DNA from: Candidatus Fraserbacteria bacterium | GTDB taxonomy: Bacteria; Bipolaricaulota; Bipolaricaulia; RBG-16-55-9 | Length of the DNA stretch: 51,442 nucleotides | Direction: 5' to 3' | Assembly (NCBI GenBank): GCA_037443265.1 | Contig: JBBIOR010000002.1 | Span: forward strand, 37,507-88,948 | In this document: positions 43,687 to 51,442 of the stretch, one piece after another | Layout of the letters: the number at the start of each line of letters is the position of its first letter | Numbering within the stretch: position 1 is the stretch's first letter | Made by a program: the position numbers and the translations under genes | The notes under the pieces: generated by a model | What the model saw: the letters and a program-made list of their open reading frames with translations, nothing else | Databases searched by the model: none | Told to the model about the DNA's origin: nothing

Positions 43687-44774
43687 ACGCCTTTAAGACC
43701 ACGCTGGGCTTGGTTCTGGTCTTCTTGGCCTCTGCCCAGCTAGGGGAAGCTCTTCCAGTCTTTGGCTTCTGGCCGCTCAAAGAGACTCAGGCCCGCCTGA
43801 ACTGGGGAGGCGTATATTATCGAGTGGATGGCCTTACGCGCCATGGCTGGGTCACCCTCCATTATTTGGAGATCCCTCCGGCTCACGTCCGACCGGCCAT
43901 CGTGTATGCTCGTGGAGGCATCGGCACGCTCAGCCCCGTGGCGGAGATGGTGCAAAACACAGAGGCTGTGGCGGCGATCAATGCCAATTTTTTTGATCCC
44001 ACCAGTGGACTTCCCGTCGGATTTCTCCTCAAGGACGGCCGGGTGCTTAGCACTCCGTATGGGAGCCGGGCGACTTTAGCCATCGGCTTCTTCGGCGAAC
44101 TCCACTTTCTGCGTCCCAGAATCTCCCTGGTGCTGCGCACGCCTTCCGGCTCAATTCCCATCGATGGCGTGAATCGCCCCGCTCCTTTGAACTCGCTCGT
44201 CTTCTACACACCGGAGTATGCCGGGCCGCGGGGCGACTTAAACGACGCCCGAGTGATTGCCATGGACCACGATCGCATCCTCTGGATTGGCACCCTGGGG
44301 AGCACTGCTTCAAGCGCTCGAGGGTCTTACTGGCTGGTGGCCACGGGAAGTGCGCGGGCTCGCGTGGCGGATCTCTTGCCCGCTGAGCGAGTCTATCTTG
44401 ATTACCAGATGGACCCGGAACGCTATTTCATCCGCGATGCGCTGCAAGCCGGCCCCATGTTGCTCCGCGATGGAGAGATCTCTCTCACCCCTGAAGGTTT
44501 TCAGAGAGACATCCTGGAGCAGCCGGCGGCCCGAAGCGCCTTCGCCCGCACCGATGACGGAAGTCTCACTTTGATGATCGTGACTAAAGGCAACGGCTCC
44601 GTCGGAATGACCCTCCTGGAGCTAGCCCAGTATCTCAAGACGCTTGGCGCCGTCGACGCGATGGCCTTGGATGGCGGAGGCTCCAGCTCGCTCGTCTTCC
44701 GCGATGGAGCACGGCTACGCACCCTGGGCAGCAGTCGAGCCATCTCTGTCGCAGTTGTGTTCACGCGCCGCTAG
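43683..44774 (+). CDS. Secreted phosphodiester glycosidase (NAGPA/DUF2233) family protein
   Basis: Signal peptide; AAINANFFD, AGPMLL, GMTLLELA, ALDGGGSS. Confidence 0.8.
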   Translation: MNAFKTTLGLVLVFLASAQLGEALPVFGFWPLKETQARLNWGGVYYRVDGLTRHGWVTLHYLEIPPAHVRPAIVYARGGIGTLSPVAEMVQNTEAVAAINANFFDPTSGLPVGFLLKDGRVLSTPYGSRATLAIGFFGELHFLRPRISLVLRTPSGSIPIDGVNRPAPLNSLVFYTPEYAGPRGDLNDARVIAMDHDRILWIGTLGSTASSARGSYWLVATGSARARVADLLPAERVYLDYQMDPERYFIRDALQAGPMLLRDGEISLTPEGFQRDILEQPAARSAFARTDDGSLTLMIVTKGNGSVGMTLLELAQYLKTLGAVDAMALDGGGSSSLVFRDGARLRTLGSSRAISVAVVFTRR

Positions 44775-44794
44775 GCGGCCAACGCACGCTTCTT

Positions 44795-46309
44795 ATGTGG
44801 AACCTGCGGGATCTTCTTCAGAGCGTGTTCGTCATCGCCCTGGCCACGGGGGGGAGCCGCGTGCTGGGCTTGGTCCGAGAGGCCGTCATTGCCAATCGCT
44901 TTGGGGCCAGCGCCGACTACGACGCCTTTCTCATCGCGTTCATGATCCCCAATCTTTTGCGATTGCTTTTGGCCGAAGGGGCGCTCAGCACGGCCTTCAT
45001 CCCGCTCTTTGCCCAGCATCTGGGCCGAGGGCGTGAGCTGGCGGACCGCTTCGCCAGCAACGTGCTCACGGTGGCGCTGGTCTTCTTCCCGCTGATCGTA
45101 GCCCTGGGCATCTGGCTTGCGCCGCAGTATGTGCCGCTGTTGGCAGACGGCTTCCCTGCGGCCAAGCAGGCTTTGACGATCTCGCTGGCCACGCTCATGT
45201 TCCCGTTCATCATGCTGGTTGGAATTGCTGCCGTCTTCATGGGCATCTTAAACAGCAATGGAAGATTTTTCGCTCCGGCATGGGCGCCCGTCTTTTTCAA
45301 TGGCGGTATGATCGTTGGAGCTCTCGTCATCGCTCCTCAGGTGAATCCTCCCATCTACGGGCTGGCCGCAGGAGTGCTCTTGGGCGGGCTAGGACAGCTC
45401 CTCTTCCAAGTCCCGTTCTTGAGATTTTTTAACTATCGCTTCACGTTCGAGCCGCTCAACGAGGACCTGCGAAGGATGATGGGGTTGCTCTTACCGACGG
45501 TGCTGGGGCTGGCTGTAATCGAGCTCAACGTCATTGTCGACAGCAAGCTGGCCTCGCGCCTGGGAGATGGGCAGATCGCCGCCCTACAGTACGCCGTGCG
45601 CCTCTTTCAGCTACCGCTGGGAGTCTTTGCGGTGGCTCTGGCCACCGTGCTTCTGCCGCTCCTTAGCCGCCAGGCCCATTCTGAGAATCGCCTAGAATTT
45701 ATTGCCTCTCTAAAGCAGGGCCTGCACTGGGCTGCGTTCATTCTGCTTCCTGCGACCGCGGGATTGCTTGTGCTGGGAGGACCCATCATTGGGCTCCTCT
45801 TCGAACACGGGCGCTTCGGACCGGAAGACACGGCGCGCACGCTCTATGCTCTTCGTTTCCTAGCGCTGGGGCTTGTGGGCTACGGGATGATCTATCTGCT
45901 CACACGGGCGTTCTATGCGCTTCAGGATAGCCGGACCCCTGTGGTCATCAGCGCTGTGGCCGTGGCCATCAACATCGCGCTAGATCTACTTTTGATTGGG
46001 CCGATGGGGATTGGCGGACTAGCCCTGGCGACTTCCCTCTCAGGCTTTGCTGAGATGATCATGCTGATGCTCGTCTTGCAGCATCGATTGGAGATCTCTC
46101 TGATGCCCCGGATCGCTCTCGATCTGGGGAAGATCTCTCTCAAGGCTCTGTTCATGGGTGCCTGTGTCTATGCCGCAGATCTCGGGTTGAGCTATGTAAA
46201 CCCTGGGGAGTTCGCGCGAGTCGGGCTGGGTGTGGCCGTAGGAATAGCGAGCTACGGGCTCTTGGCCTTCCGAGCGGAGGGTCTTCGTAAGATGGCTCAA
46301 AGGGACTGA
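44795..46309 (+). CDS. murJ: Lipid II flippase MurJ (MviN)
   Basis: SRVLGLVRE, DAFLIAFMIPNLLR, EGALSTAFIP, RLFQLPLG, RAFYALQD. Confidence 0.95.
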   Translation: MWNLRDLLQSVFVIALATGGSRVLGLVREAVIANRFGASADYDAFLIAFMIPNLLRLLLAEGALSTAFIPLFAQHLGRGRELADRFASNVLTVALVFFPLIVALGIWLAPQYVPLLADGFPAAKQALTISLATLMFPFIMLVGIAAVFMGILNSNGRFFAPAWAPVFFNGGMIVGALVIAPQVNPPIYGLAAGVLLGGLGQLLFQVPFLRFFNYRFTFEPLNEDLRRMMGLLLPTVLGLAVIELNVIVDSKLASRLGDGQIAALQYAVRLFQLPLGVFAVALATVLLPLLSRQAHSENRLEFIASLKQGLHWAAFILLPATAGLLVLGGPIIGLLFEHGRFGPEDTARTLYALRFLALGLVGYGMIYLLTRAFYALQDSRTPVVISAVAVAINIALDLLLIGPMGIGGLALATSLSGFAEMIMLMLVLQHRLEISLMPRIALDLGKISLKALFMGACVYAADLGLSYVNPGEFARVGLGVAVGIASYGLLAFRAEGLRKMAQRD

Positions 46310-46938
46310 CCTGGCCAAACGATCTTAGGGGTCTTCATGGCCACGGGAGGAACGGCAGCCAAGCCCTCGGGCACGCCGATATATCTTTCGACATGGCCCA
46401 GCAGCCCGTGTAGAGCCCGTCTGGGCTCCGTGCCCACTCTCAGCGACTCAATGGCGCTGAGAAGCCCATCCACCGCGGCCTGCGCCTGCTCGGGAGAGGG
46501 CGCCTGCTTCTTCTCGTTGTACTGGCGCGCCGCATCTGAAAGATGCCTCCCCAAAGTTGAGCCGGGGGTCTCGATGACCTGAATGGGGCTGAGCTGGCGC
46601 TTCAAAAATTCCAACGCCTCGCTGAGATCTTCGTCCGACCCTCGGGTCTGCTCAAGGAAATATTGATAGATGGAAAGCTCCAAAAATAGAACAAAATCGA
46701 GCAGTTCAGTCTGGCGATCTCGATAGAAGGGCTCCATCGCCTCAAGCCAAGCTCGATGAAATTCCGGCCCGAGCCGTTCTCGTCGATATTCTTCATGGGC
46801 TTTGAAATATCTGCAGTGAGGCGGGCAGTCAATGCGCAGGCCCCGATGCTGCCCACAGCAGGCAGTGGAGATGAGCCCTCCGAGCGCCGGGCACTCGCGC
46901 CGCCCTTGATCGTTCTGGCAGTAGACGCAGCGGGTCAT
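46297..46938 (-). CDS. Hypothetical protein with a Cys-rich N-terminal metal-binding domain
   Basis: CVYC-x8-CPA...CCG...DCPPHCRYF; start abuts the stop of the SufT-like gene. Confidence 0.75.
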   Translation of the reverse strand: MTRCVYCQNDQGRRECPALGGLISTACCGQHRGLRIDCPPHCRYFKAHEEYRRERLGPEFHRAWLEAMEPFYRDRQTELLDFVLFLELSIYQYFLEQTRGSDEDLSEALEFLKRQLSPIQVIETPGSTLGRHLSDAARQYNEKKQAPSPEQAQAAVDGLLSAIESLRVGTEPRRALHGLLGHVERYIGVPEGLAAVPPVAMKTPKIVWPGQSL

Positions 46939-47256
46939 CTATACAAAACCCAGCTCCATGCGGGCATCTTCGCTCATCATCTCGGGCGTCCAGGGCGGAT
47001 CGAAGACGAACTCGACTTCCACGTGCAGATCCTCGCCGAAGCGCTCCTTGAGCACGCGGGTGACTTCCGCCTCGATCATGTCGTAGAGCGGGCAGCCCAT
47101 GGTCGTCAGCGTCATCTCCAACCGGACGTCTTTCTCACTGCGGATCTGGACGTCATAGAGCAACCCCAGATCGACGACGTTGATGCCCAGCTCGGGGTCA
47201 TACACCCGCTCTCGGATGCACTCGCGGATGGCCTCTAGGCTGAGAGCTTCGCTCAT
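46939..47256 (-). CDS. DUF59/SufT metal-sulfur cluster assembly factor
   Basis: DPELGINVVDLGL, MTLTTMGCP, FDPPWTPEMM; start MSEALS. Confidence 0.92.
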   Translation of the reverse strand: MSEALSLEAIRECIRERVYDPELGINVVDLGLLYDVQIRSEKDVRLEMTLTTMGCPLYDMIEAEVTRVLKERFGEDLHVEVEFVFDPPWTPEMMSEDARMELGFV

Positions 47257-47312
47257 CCCCTTCACATCCTTTCCAGATGCTATTTCGAGCCTTGCGAGAA
47301 GCAGCGGAGCTA

Positions 47313-48374
47313 TCATGCCAGCTGGCGCTGCTTCTGCAAGAGATATTGCGCAATCTTACGAAATTCCTTGGCAGCGGGAGAATCAGGTGCGTTGATCACG
47401 ATGGGGACGCCCTGATCTCCGCCCTCGCGGATCGCCGGATCGAGCGGGATCCTTCCCAAAAGCGGAATGCCCTGACGCTGGGCTTCGCGCGCGCCCCCGC
47501 CGCTGCCAAAGATCTCGCTCCCGCTGCCACAGTGCGGGCATAGAAAATAGCTCATATTTTCAATCATTCCCCAGATGGGCACTTCCAGACGCTTAAAAGC
47601 TGTGATGCCGCGCCTCACATCCGCCAGAGCCACCTCCTGTGGCGTGGTGACGGCCAGCGAGCCCGAAAGCTCGAGATCTTGAGCTAAGCCCAGCTGTGCA
47701 TCGCCCGATCCGGGTGGCAGATCTATGATCAGAAGATCCAGCTCGCCCCACTCCACGCCGCTTAAGAGCTCGTGGATGGCCTTGGTGATCATCGGCCCGC
47801 GCCAGATGAGCGCCTCGTCGGGTTCGACGATCAGCCCGATGGACATCGCTTTGATGGAGAATTTCTCGATGGGCTGGATCTTGCCACGGGCGACCGTGGG
47901 GCGCTTCTCCGTGATTCCCAAAAGATTGGGGATGTTCGGCCCGTGGATGTCGCCGTCGAAGAGTCCGACTCGCGCGCCCGCTTGGGCCAGCGCCACGGCC
48001 AGATTGACGGCCACGGTGCTCTTGCCCACCCCGCCCTTGCCGCTGAAGATCGCCATGGTTTCTTTCACGCCCGGAAGCTCAATGCGCCGAGCCGTGCCAG
48101 AGCCGGAAGGCACCGTCCGCGGTCGATCCACTTGGCTCGTGAACTCGACCTCCACTTCCGAGATGCCCTCGATGCGACTGACGCGCTCCTTCACCCATTG
48201 CACCAGCTGAGATTTCGAGGCATAAGCCGGCTTGAAGTGAAGCAAGACATGTGCCCGTCCGCCTGCTACAGCCACGCGCTCGAGCATCCCGGCTTCCATG
48301 AGATCCTTGTCGATCTTGGGAAGCAGAATCTGCTTAAGTTCCACGCGAATTCTCTCTTCTAGTTCTGAGTTCAT
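47313..48374 (-). CDS. Mrp/NBP35 (ApbC) Fe-S cluster carrier ATPase
   Basis: SGKGGVGKST, DIHGP, WRGPM, DLPPGSGD, TTPQ, ENMSYFLCPHC. Confidence 0.94.
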   Translation of the reverse strand: MNSELEERIRVELKQILLPKIDKDLMEAGMLERVAVAGGRAHVLLHFKPAYASKSQLVQWVKERVSRIEGISEVEVEFTSQVDRPRTVPSGSGTARRIELPGVKETMAIFSGKGGVGKSTVAVNLAVALAQAGARVGLFDGDIHGPNIPNLLGITEKRPTVARGKIQPIEKFSIKAMSIGLIVEPDEALIWRGPMITKAIHELLSGVEWGELDLLIIDLPPGSGDAQLGLAQDLELSGSLAVTTPQEVALADVRRGITAFKRLEVPIWGMIENMSYFLCPHCGSGSEIFGSGGGAREAQRQGIPLLGRIPLDPAIREGGDQGVPIVINAPDSPAAKEFRKIAQYLLQKQRQLA

Positions 48375-48832
48375 TGGGCTAGGCCGCTCCTCTCTGGGGC
48401 CTTGATCTTGAAGGGCCGCGGAGGCCGGTCTACGCTCTTTAGCAGATCCGCGAGCGTCGTCGCCCCCAGAGCCTCTTCAAAGCGTTCGTTGATGAGCGCC
48501 CAGAAGCTGCTGGTGGGACAGCCCTCCTCGATCATGCATTTAAGCGTTGGATCCAGACAGGTGACCAAGGCCATAGGCCCTTCCAAGGCCTCTACGATCT
48601 CACGGACGGAGATCTGATCGGGAGGGCGTTCGAGCGAATATCCGCCGCCTCTCCCATGAGTGGCCGCAATCAGCCCGGCACTCTTGAGCTCCTGCATGAT
48701 CTTCTCCAAGAACGGATCCGGGATGCCTTGGGCTGCGGCGATCTCCCCAATCGAGATCGGAGCCCGGCCGTGGCTCTGAGCCAACTGCACCATCGCTCGC
48801 AGCCCATAATCGCTCTTGCGGGTGATCCTCAT
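48371..48832 (-). CDS. Rrf2 family regulator, IscR-like, three Cys
   Basis: DYGLRAM, GRGGGYSL, C-x6-C-x5-C; start MRITRKS after GGAG. Confidence 0.92.
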   Translation of the reverse strand: MRITRKSDYGLRAMVQLAQSHGRAPISIGEIAAAQGIPDPFLEKIMQELKSAGLIAATHGRGGGYSLERPPDQISVREIVEALEGPMALVTCLDPTLKCMIEEGCPTSSFWALINERFEEALGATTLADLLKSVDRPPRPFKIKAPERSGLAQ

Positions 48833-48862
48833 AGCCCGTGCTCTCCGCAGAACATCCATCCC

Positions 48863-48891
48863 ATTGTAGGAAGAGCGCGGGGGATTGTCAA
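48863..48891 (-). promoter_or_regulatory. Promoter of the Rrf2-Mrp operon
   Basis: TTGACA-17-TACAAT. Confidence 0.75.
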
Positions 48892-48900
48892 CGAAGCGCT

Positions 48901-50169
48901 TTATCTTTCCAGTTGCTCTGAGGGAGTCTGAGTGGATTGGAGGCGGGCGATGAGTGTCTCGAGCATGCGCCAGAATTGAGGCTCTGAGACGCTCTCGCGC
49001 GCGTTGTCTAAGGCGATCTCCTTCGCTTTGCTGATCATCTCCGCGGCTTCGGTGGTGCGCCCTTGGAACTCCAAGGCCAAGCCCTTCATCATGAGCGGCA
49101 CATACTCGCTTCCCGGCCCGTGGCAGGCCTCGCAGGTGAGGTCCATCGTGCGCATGACTTCTACCATGGCCTCGATCTGCTTTGGCTCCGGAGCCTTTCC
49201 GGTGCGCCGAGCGCTCTTAATCAACTCCAGCAGCTCATCCCGCTGCTTCGGATCTTGAATCGTCTGCGCACTCAGCACTTCCGCCAAGAACGGGTGATTG
49301 ATGAGATAGAGTTCGGGTTGTTTGCTTGTCTTGAAGGCGTCCTGGAACCATTGAAGGGCGTGCTCTCTGTTGGAGGGCGGAATGTAGGCGGAGCCTCCCG
49401 GATTCGGATTGGCGTGGCATCCCAGGCAGGTGTTCGAGCCCAAAAACTCCAGCGGTTCGCCAATGGGAGAGACCGTGGTGAGCTGGGAGATGGCCTGAGC
49501 CTGCGGGTTGACAAACAAGAACGGAGATTCCCGCTCACCTAGTCCCTCAACTAAGAAGACGTCCTTGTGGAGCTCCCACCAAGCCTCGATGCTCTGGATG
49601 GCGGCTTCGCGCCTCTCGACGGGATCGTCAAAGACGAAGCCAAAGTCACTGCCGGTCATCCAGCGGATCATCTCGATGGCCCGCTGGCGAACCATCTGCT
49701 GAGCCGAGCGTAGTCTGGCCAAGCTCTCCAAGAAGATCTCGCGGTAGCGGCTCTGCATGCGCTCGTGGGCTCTTTCGGTGGTGAGGGCCAAAGGGTCTCC
49801 GCCGTGGCAGGCGGTGCAGCCCACTTGATCAAAGGGCATGTCTTTTAAGACAAAGACCCGATTGTGGATCTCGCCCAGATCCTTCAAGGGGTTCTGCTCG
49901 GAGCGGATGCCGCCTTGATTGACATGGCAGGCCATGCAAGCATCGGCGCTTCGGCCGGGCTCCGTGACGACTTTTGTGACATTAAGACTGAGCTGCCGCT
50001 CGATCTGGAGTCGATCCCACAGGGAGAGTGAGCCCTTCTTCTGGAGGGCGAGCTCCGTGTAATAGGCCCGCTGCCAGCGCCGCCACTCCTGATTGTAATC
50101 GTCTATGGCCACGGCGATGACCGCCAGAAAGAGCAAGACGCTCGCTATGGCAAAATATTTCCGGATCAT
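48901..50169 (-). CDS. Membrane-anchored tetraheme cytochrome c
   Basis: N-terminal hydrophobic helix; CMACH, CTACH, CLGCH, CEACHGPGS. Confidence 0.85.
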   Translation of the reverse strand: MIRKYFAIASVLLFLAVIAVAIDDYNQEWRRWQRAYYTELALQKKGSLSLWDRLQIERQLSLNVTKVVTEPGRSADACMACHVNQGGIRSEQNPLKDLGEIHNRVFVLKDMPFDQVGCTACHGGDPLALTTERAHERMQSRYREIFLESLARLRSAQQMVRQRAIEMIRWMTGSDFGFVFDDPVERREAAIQSIEAWWELHKDVFLVEGLGERESPFLFVNPQAQAISQLTTVSPIGEPLEFLGSNTCLGCHANPNPGGSAYIPPSNREHALQWFQDAFKTSKQPELYLINHPFLAEVLSAQTIQDPKQRDELLELIKSARRTGKAPEPKQIEAMVEVMRTMDLTCEACHGPGSEYVPLMMKGLALEFQGRTTEAAEMISKAKEIALDNARESVSEPQFWRMLETLIARLQSTQTPSEQLER

Positions 50170-50180
50170 GACACTCCCTG

Positions 50181-50210
50181 ATTATGAAGAATCAAAGCTA
50201 GATGAGTCAA
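50181..50210 (-). promoter_or_regulatory. Promoter of the cytochrome gene
   Basis: TTGACT-18-CATAAT, followed by GGGAG and ATG. Confidence 0.55.
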
Positions 50211-50246
50211 GATAGCCCATGATTTTCGCCCAAGCCATGATCGGGG

Positions 50247-51410
50247 TCATTCTAGACGCCGCGCGTACTCCCGCGCCCAACGATCGGCCGCCCAGATCTC
50301 CTCCAGACTGGGATCCTTCTGGGGTGTATGAGCCTCCAAAGCCCGTTCGAGAATGGCAGCCACCTGTGTGAGGGGCATCTCTCGTTGGAGAAAGCGCTCG
50401 ACGGCTACTTCGTCAGCGGCATTGGCCACCGCCGGGAACGTCCCGCCCTTACGGCCGGCTTCCACTACGAGCCGAAAGGCCGGATAACGCCTCTCATCCA
50501 GCTCATGAAAATCCAGCTTGAGCGCACTCAAGTCCAGCTCGCTCCATAAATGCCTGGGCCGCTCAGGATAGCTCAGGGCGTATTGAATGGGAATCCTCAT
50601 GTCTGGCACGCTCCAGTGTGTTAGCAGGCTTCCATCGCACAGCTCTACTATCCCATGCACGATGCTCTGCGGGTGAATCACCACATCGATCTGCTCAAAC
50701 GCAAGATCGAAGAGCCAGTGGGCCTCGATCACTTCCAAGGCCTTATTGACGAGGGTGGCCGAATCGACTGTGATTCTTTTGCCCATGCGCCAGGTGGGAT
50801 GGGCGAGCACATCCTCTGGAGTCACACGATGGAATTGCTCTAAGGGAAGGTCGCGGAGTGCCCCTCCCGAGGCCGTGAGCACCACCCGCGAGATCTCTGC
50901 CGGTGGGCTCTTCTCCAGAAGCTGAAAGAGGGCACTATGCTCGCTGTCTATAGGGATGAGCCTCGCTCCACTCTGCTTGAGGGCTCTTTTGATGAGATGG
51001 CCCCCGATCACGAGGGATTCTTTGTTAGCCAGCGCCACGTCTATGCCGGCTTCCAGAGCCGCCAGGGTGGGGAGGAGCCCCACAGCTCCTACAAGCCCGT
51101 TTAGCAGAAGATCCGGCTTGGATTCTGTGATCAAGGCCTGCAGCCCCTCCTCGCCCGCCAGAAGCTTGATCCCAGAAGCCTGAGGAAAGAGCTCCTCCTG
51201 AATCTTCTTCAAATCGCTCGGGCGCTTGATGCAGGCCCATTGGGGGTGGAACTCACGGATCTGTTGACTGAGGGCCGAAAGATTTTCGCCGGCGGCCAGC
51301 GCTACGACTTCAAAGCGCTGTTCCTGTTGATTGATGGCGCGAATGACTTCGAGGGCTTGTGCGCCGATCGAGCCCGTAGAGCCCAACAGACAGACTCGTT
51401 TTAGGGCCAT
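50247..51410 (-). CDS. dxr: 1-deoxy-D-xylulose-5-phosphate reductoisomerase
   Basis: LGSTGSIG, LANKESLV, PIDSEHSA, LTASGG, HPTWRMGKRITVDSATLVNK. Confidence 0.97.
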   Translation of the reverse strand: MALKRVCLLGSTGSIGAQALEVIRAINQQEQRFEVVALAAGENLSALSQQIREFHPQWACIKRPSDLKKIQEELFPQASGIKLLAGEEGLQALITESKPDLLLNGLVGAVGLLPTLAALEAGIDVALANKESLVIGGHLIKRALKQSGARLIPIDSEHSALFQLLEKSPPAEISRVVLTASGGALRDLPLEQFHRVTPEDVLAHPTWRMGKRITVDSATLVNKALEVIEAHWLFDLAFEQIDVVIHPQSIVHGIVELCDGSLLTHWSVPDMRIPIQYALSYPERPRHLWSELDLSALKLDFHELDERRYPAFRLVVEAGRKGGTFPAVANAADEVAVERFLQREMPLTQVAAILERALEAHTPQKDPSLEEIWAADRWAREYARRLE

Positions 51411-51442
51411 TCACGAGGAGGCGGGGCTGGCGACCGACTGAG

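Noticed and set aside
1..51442. tRNA, rRNA, CRISPR arrays, IS elements, integrases, prophage or defence genes
   Set aside because: None recognised; intergenic gaps are short and explained by promoters, leaders and terminators

Overview
A 51.4 kb, gene-dense, moderately GC-rich bacterial core-genome window. The lineage is probably Bipolaricaulota/Acetothermia; this is an inference from the EF-hand plus FlgD/T9SS-like C-terminal module, the Thermotoga-type tRNase Z and the archaeal-like RNase HII and MetRS. Translation genes: metG, rplU-prp-like-rpmA-obgE, infC-rpmI-rplT-glyQ-glyS, rplI. Replication and repair: dnaB, polA, ruvC, rnhB. Transport: a peptide (Opp/Dpp) ABC system and a branched-chain-type (Liv) ABC system. 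Metabolism and others: gcvH-PA-PB, an acyl-CoA synthetase, glutaryl-CoA dehydrogenase, folP, murJ, dxr, an Rrf2-Mrp-SufT-Cys-rich Fe-S operon and an orphan tetraheme cytochrome c. I saw no tRNA, rRNA, CRISPR array, IS element or prophage. The most notable observations are: (1) a Prp-like protein lacking its catalytic His/Cys next to an L27 with no cleavable extension; (2) an ATC start for infC; (3) a secreted protease gene with an internal deletion, a poly-G promoter spacer, and a partner bearing a T9SS-like sorting tail; (4) structured 5' leaders on the cold-shock gene and the Liv substrate-binding gene; (5) a duplicated palindromic MarR operator. All calls come from reading motifs by eye; no database searches were run.
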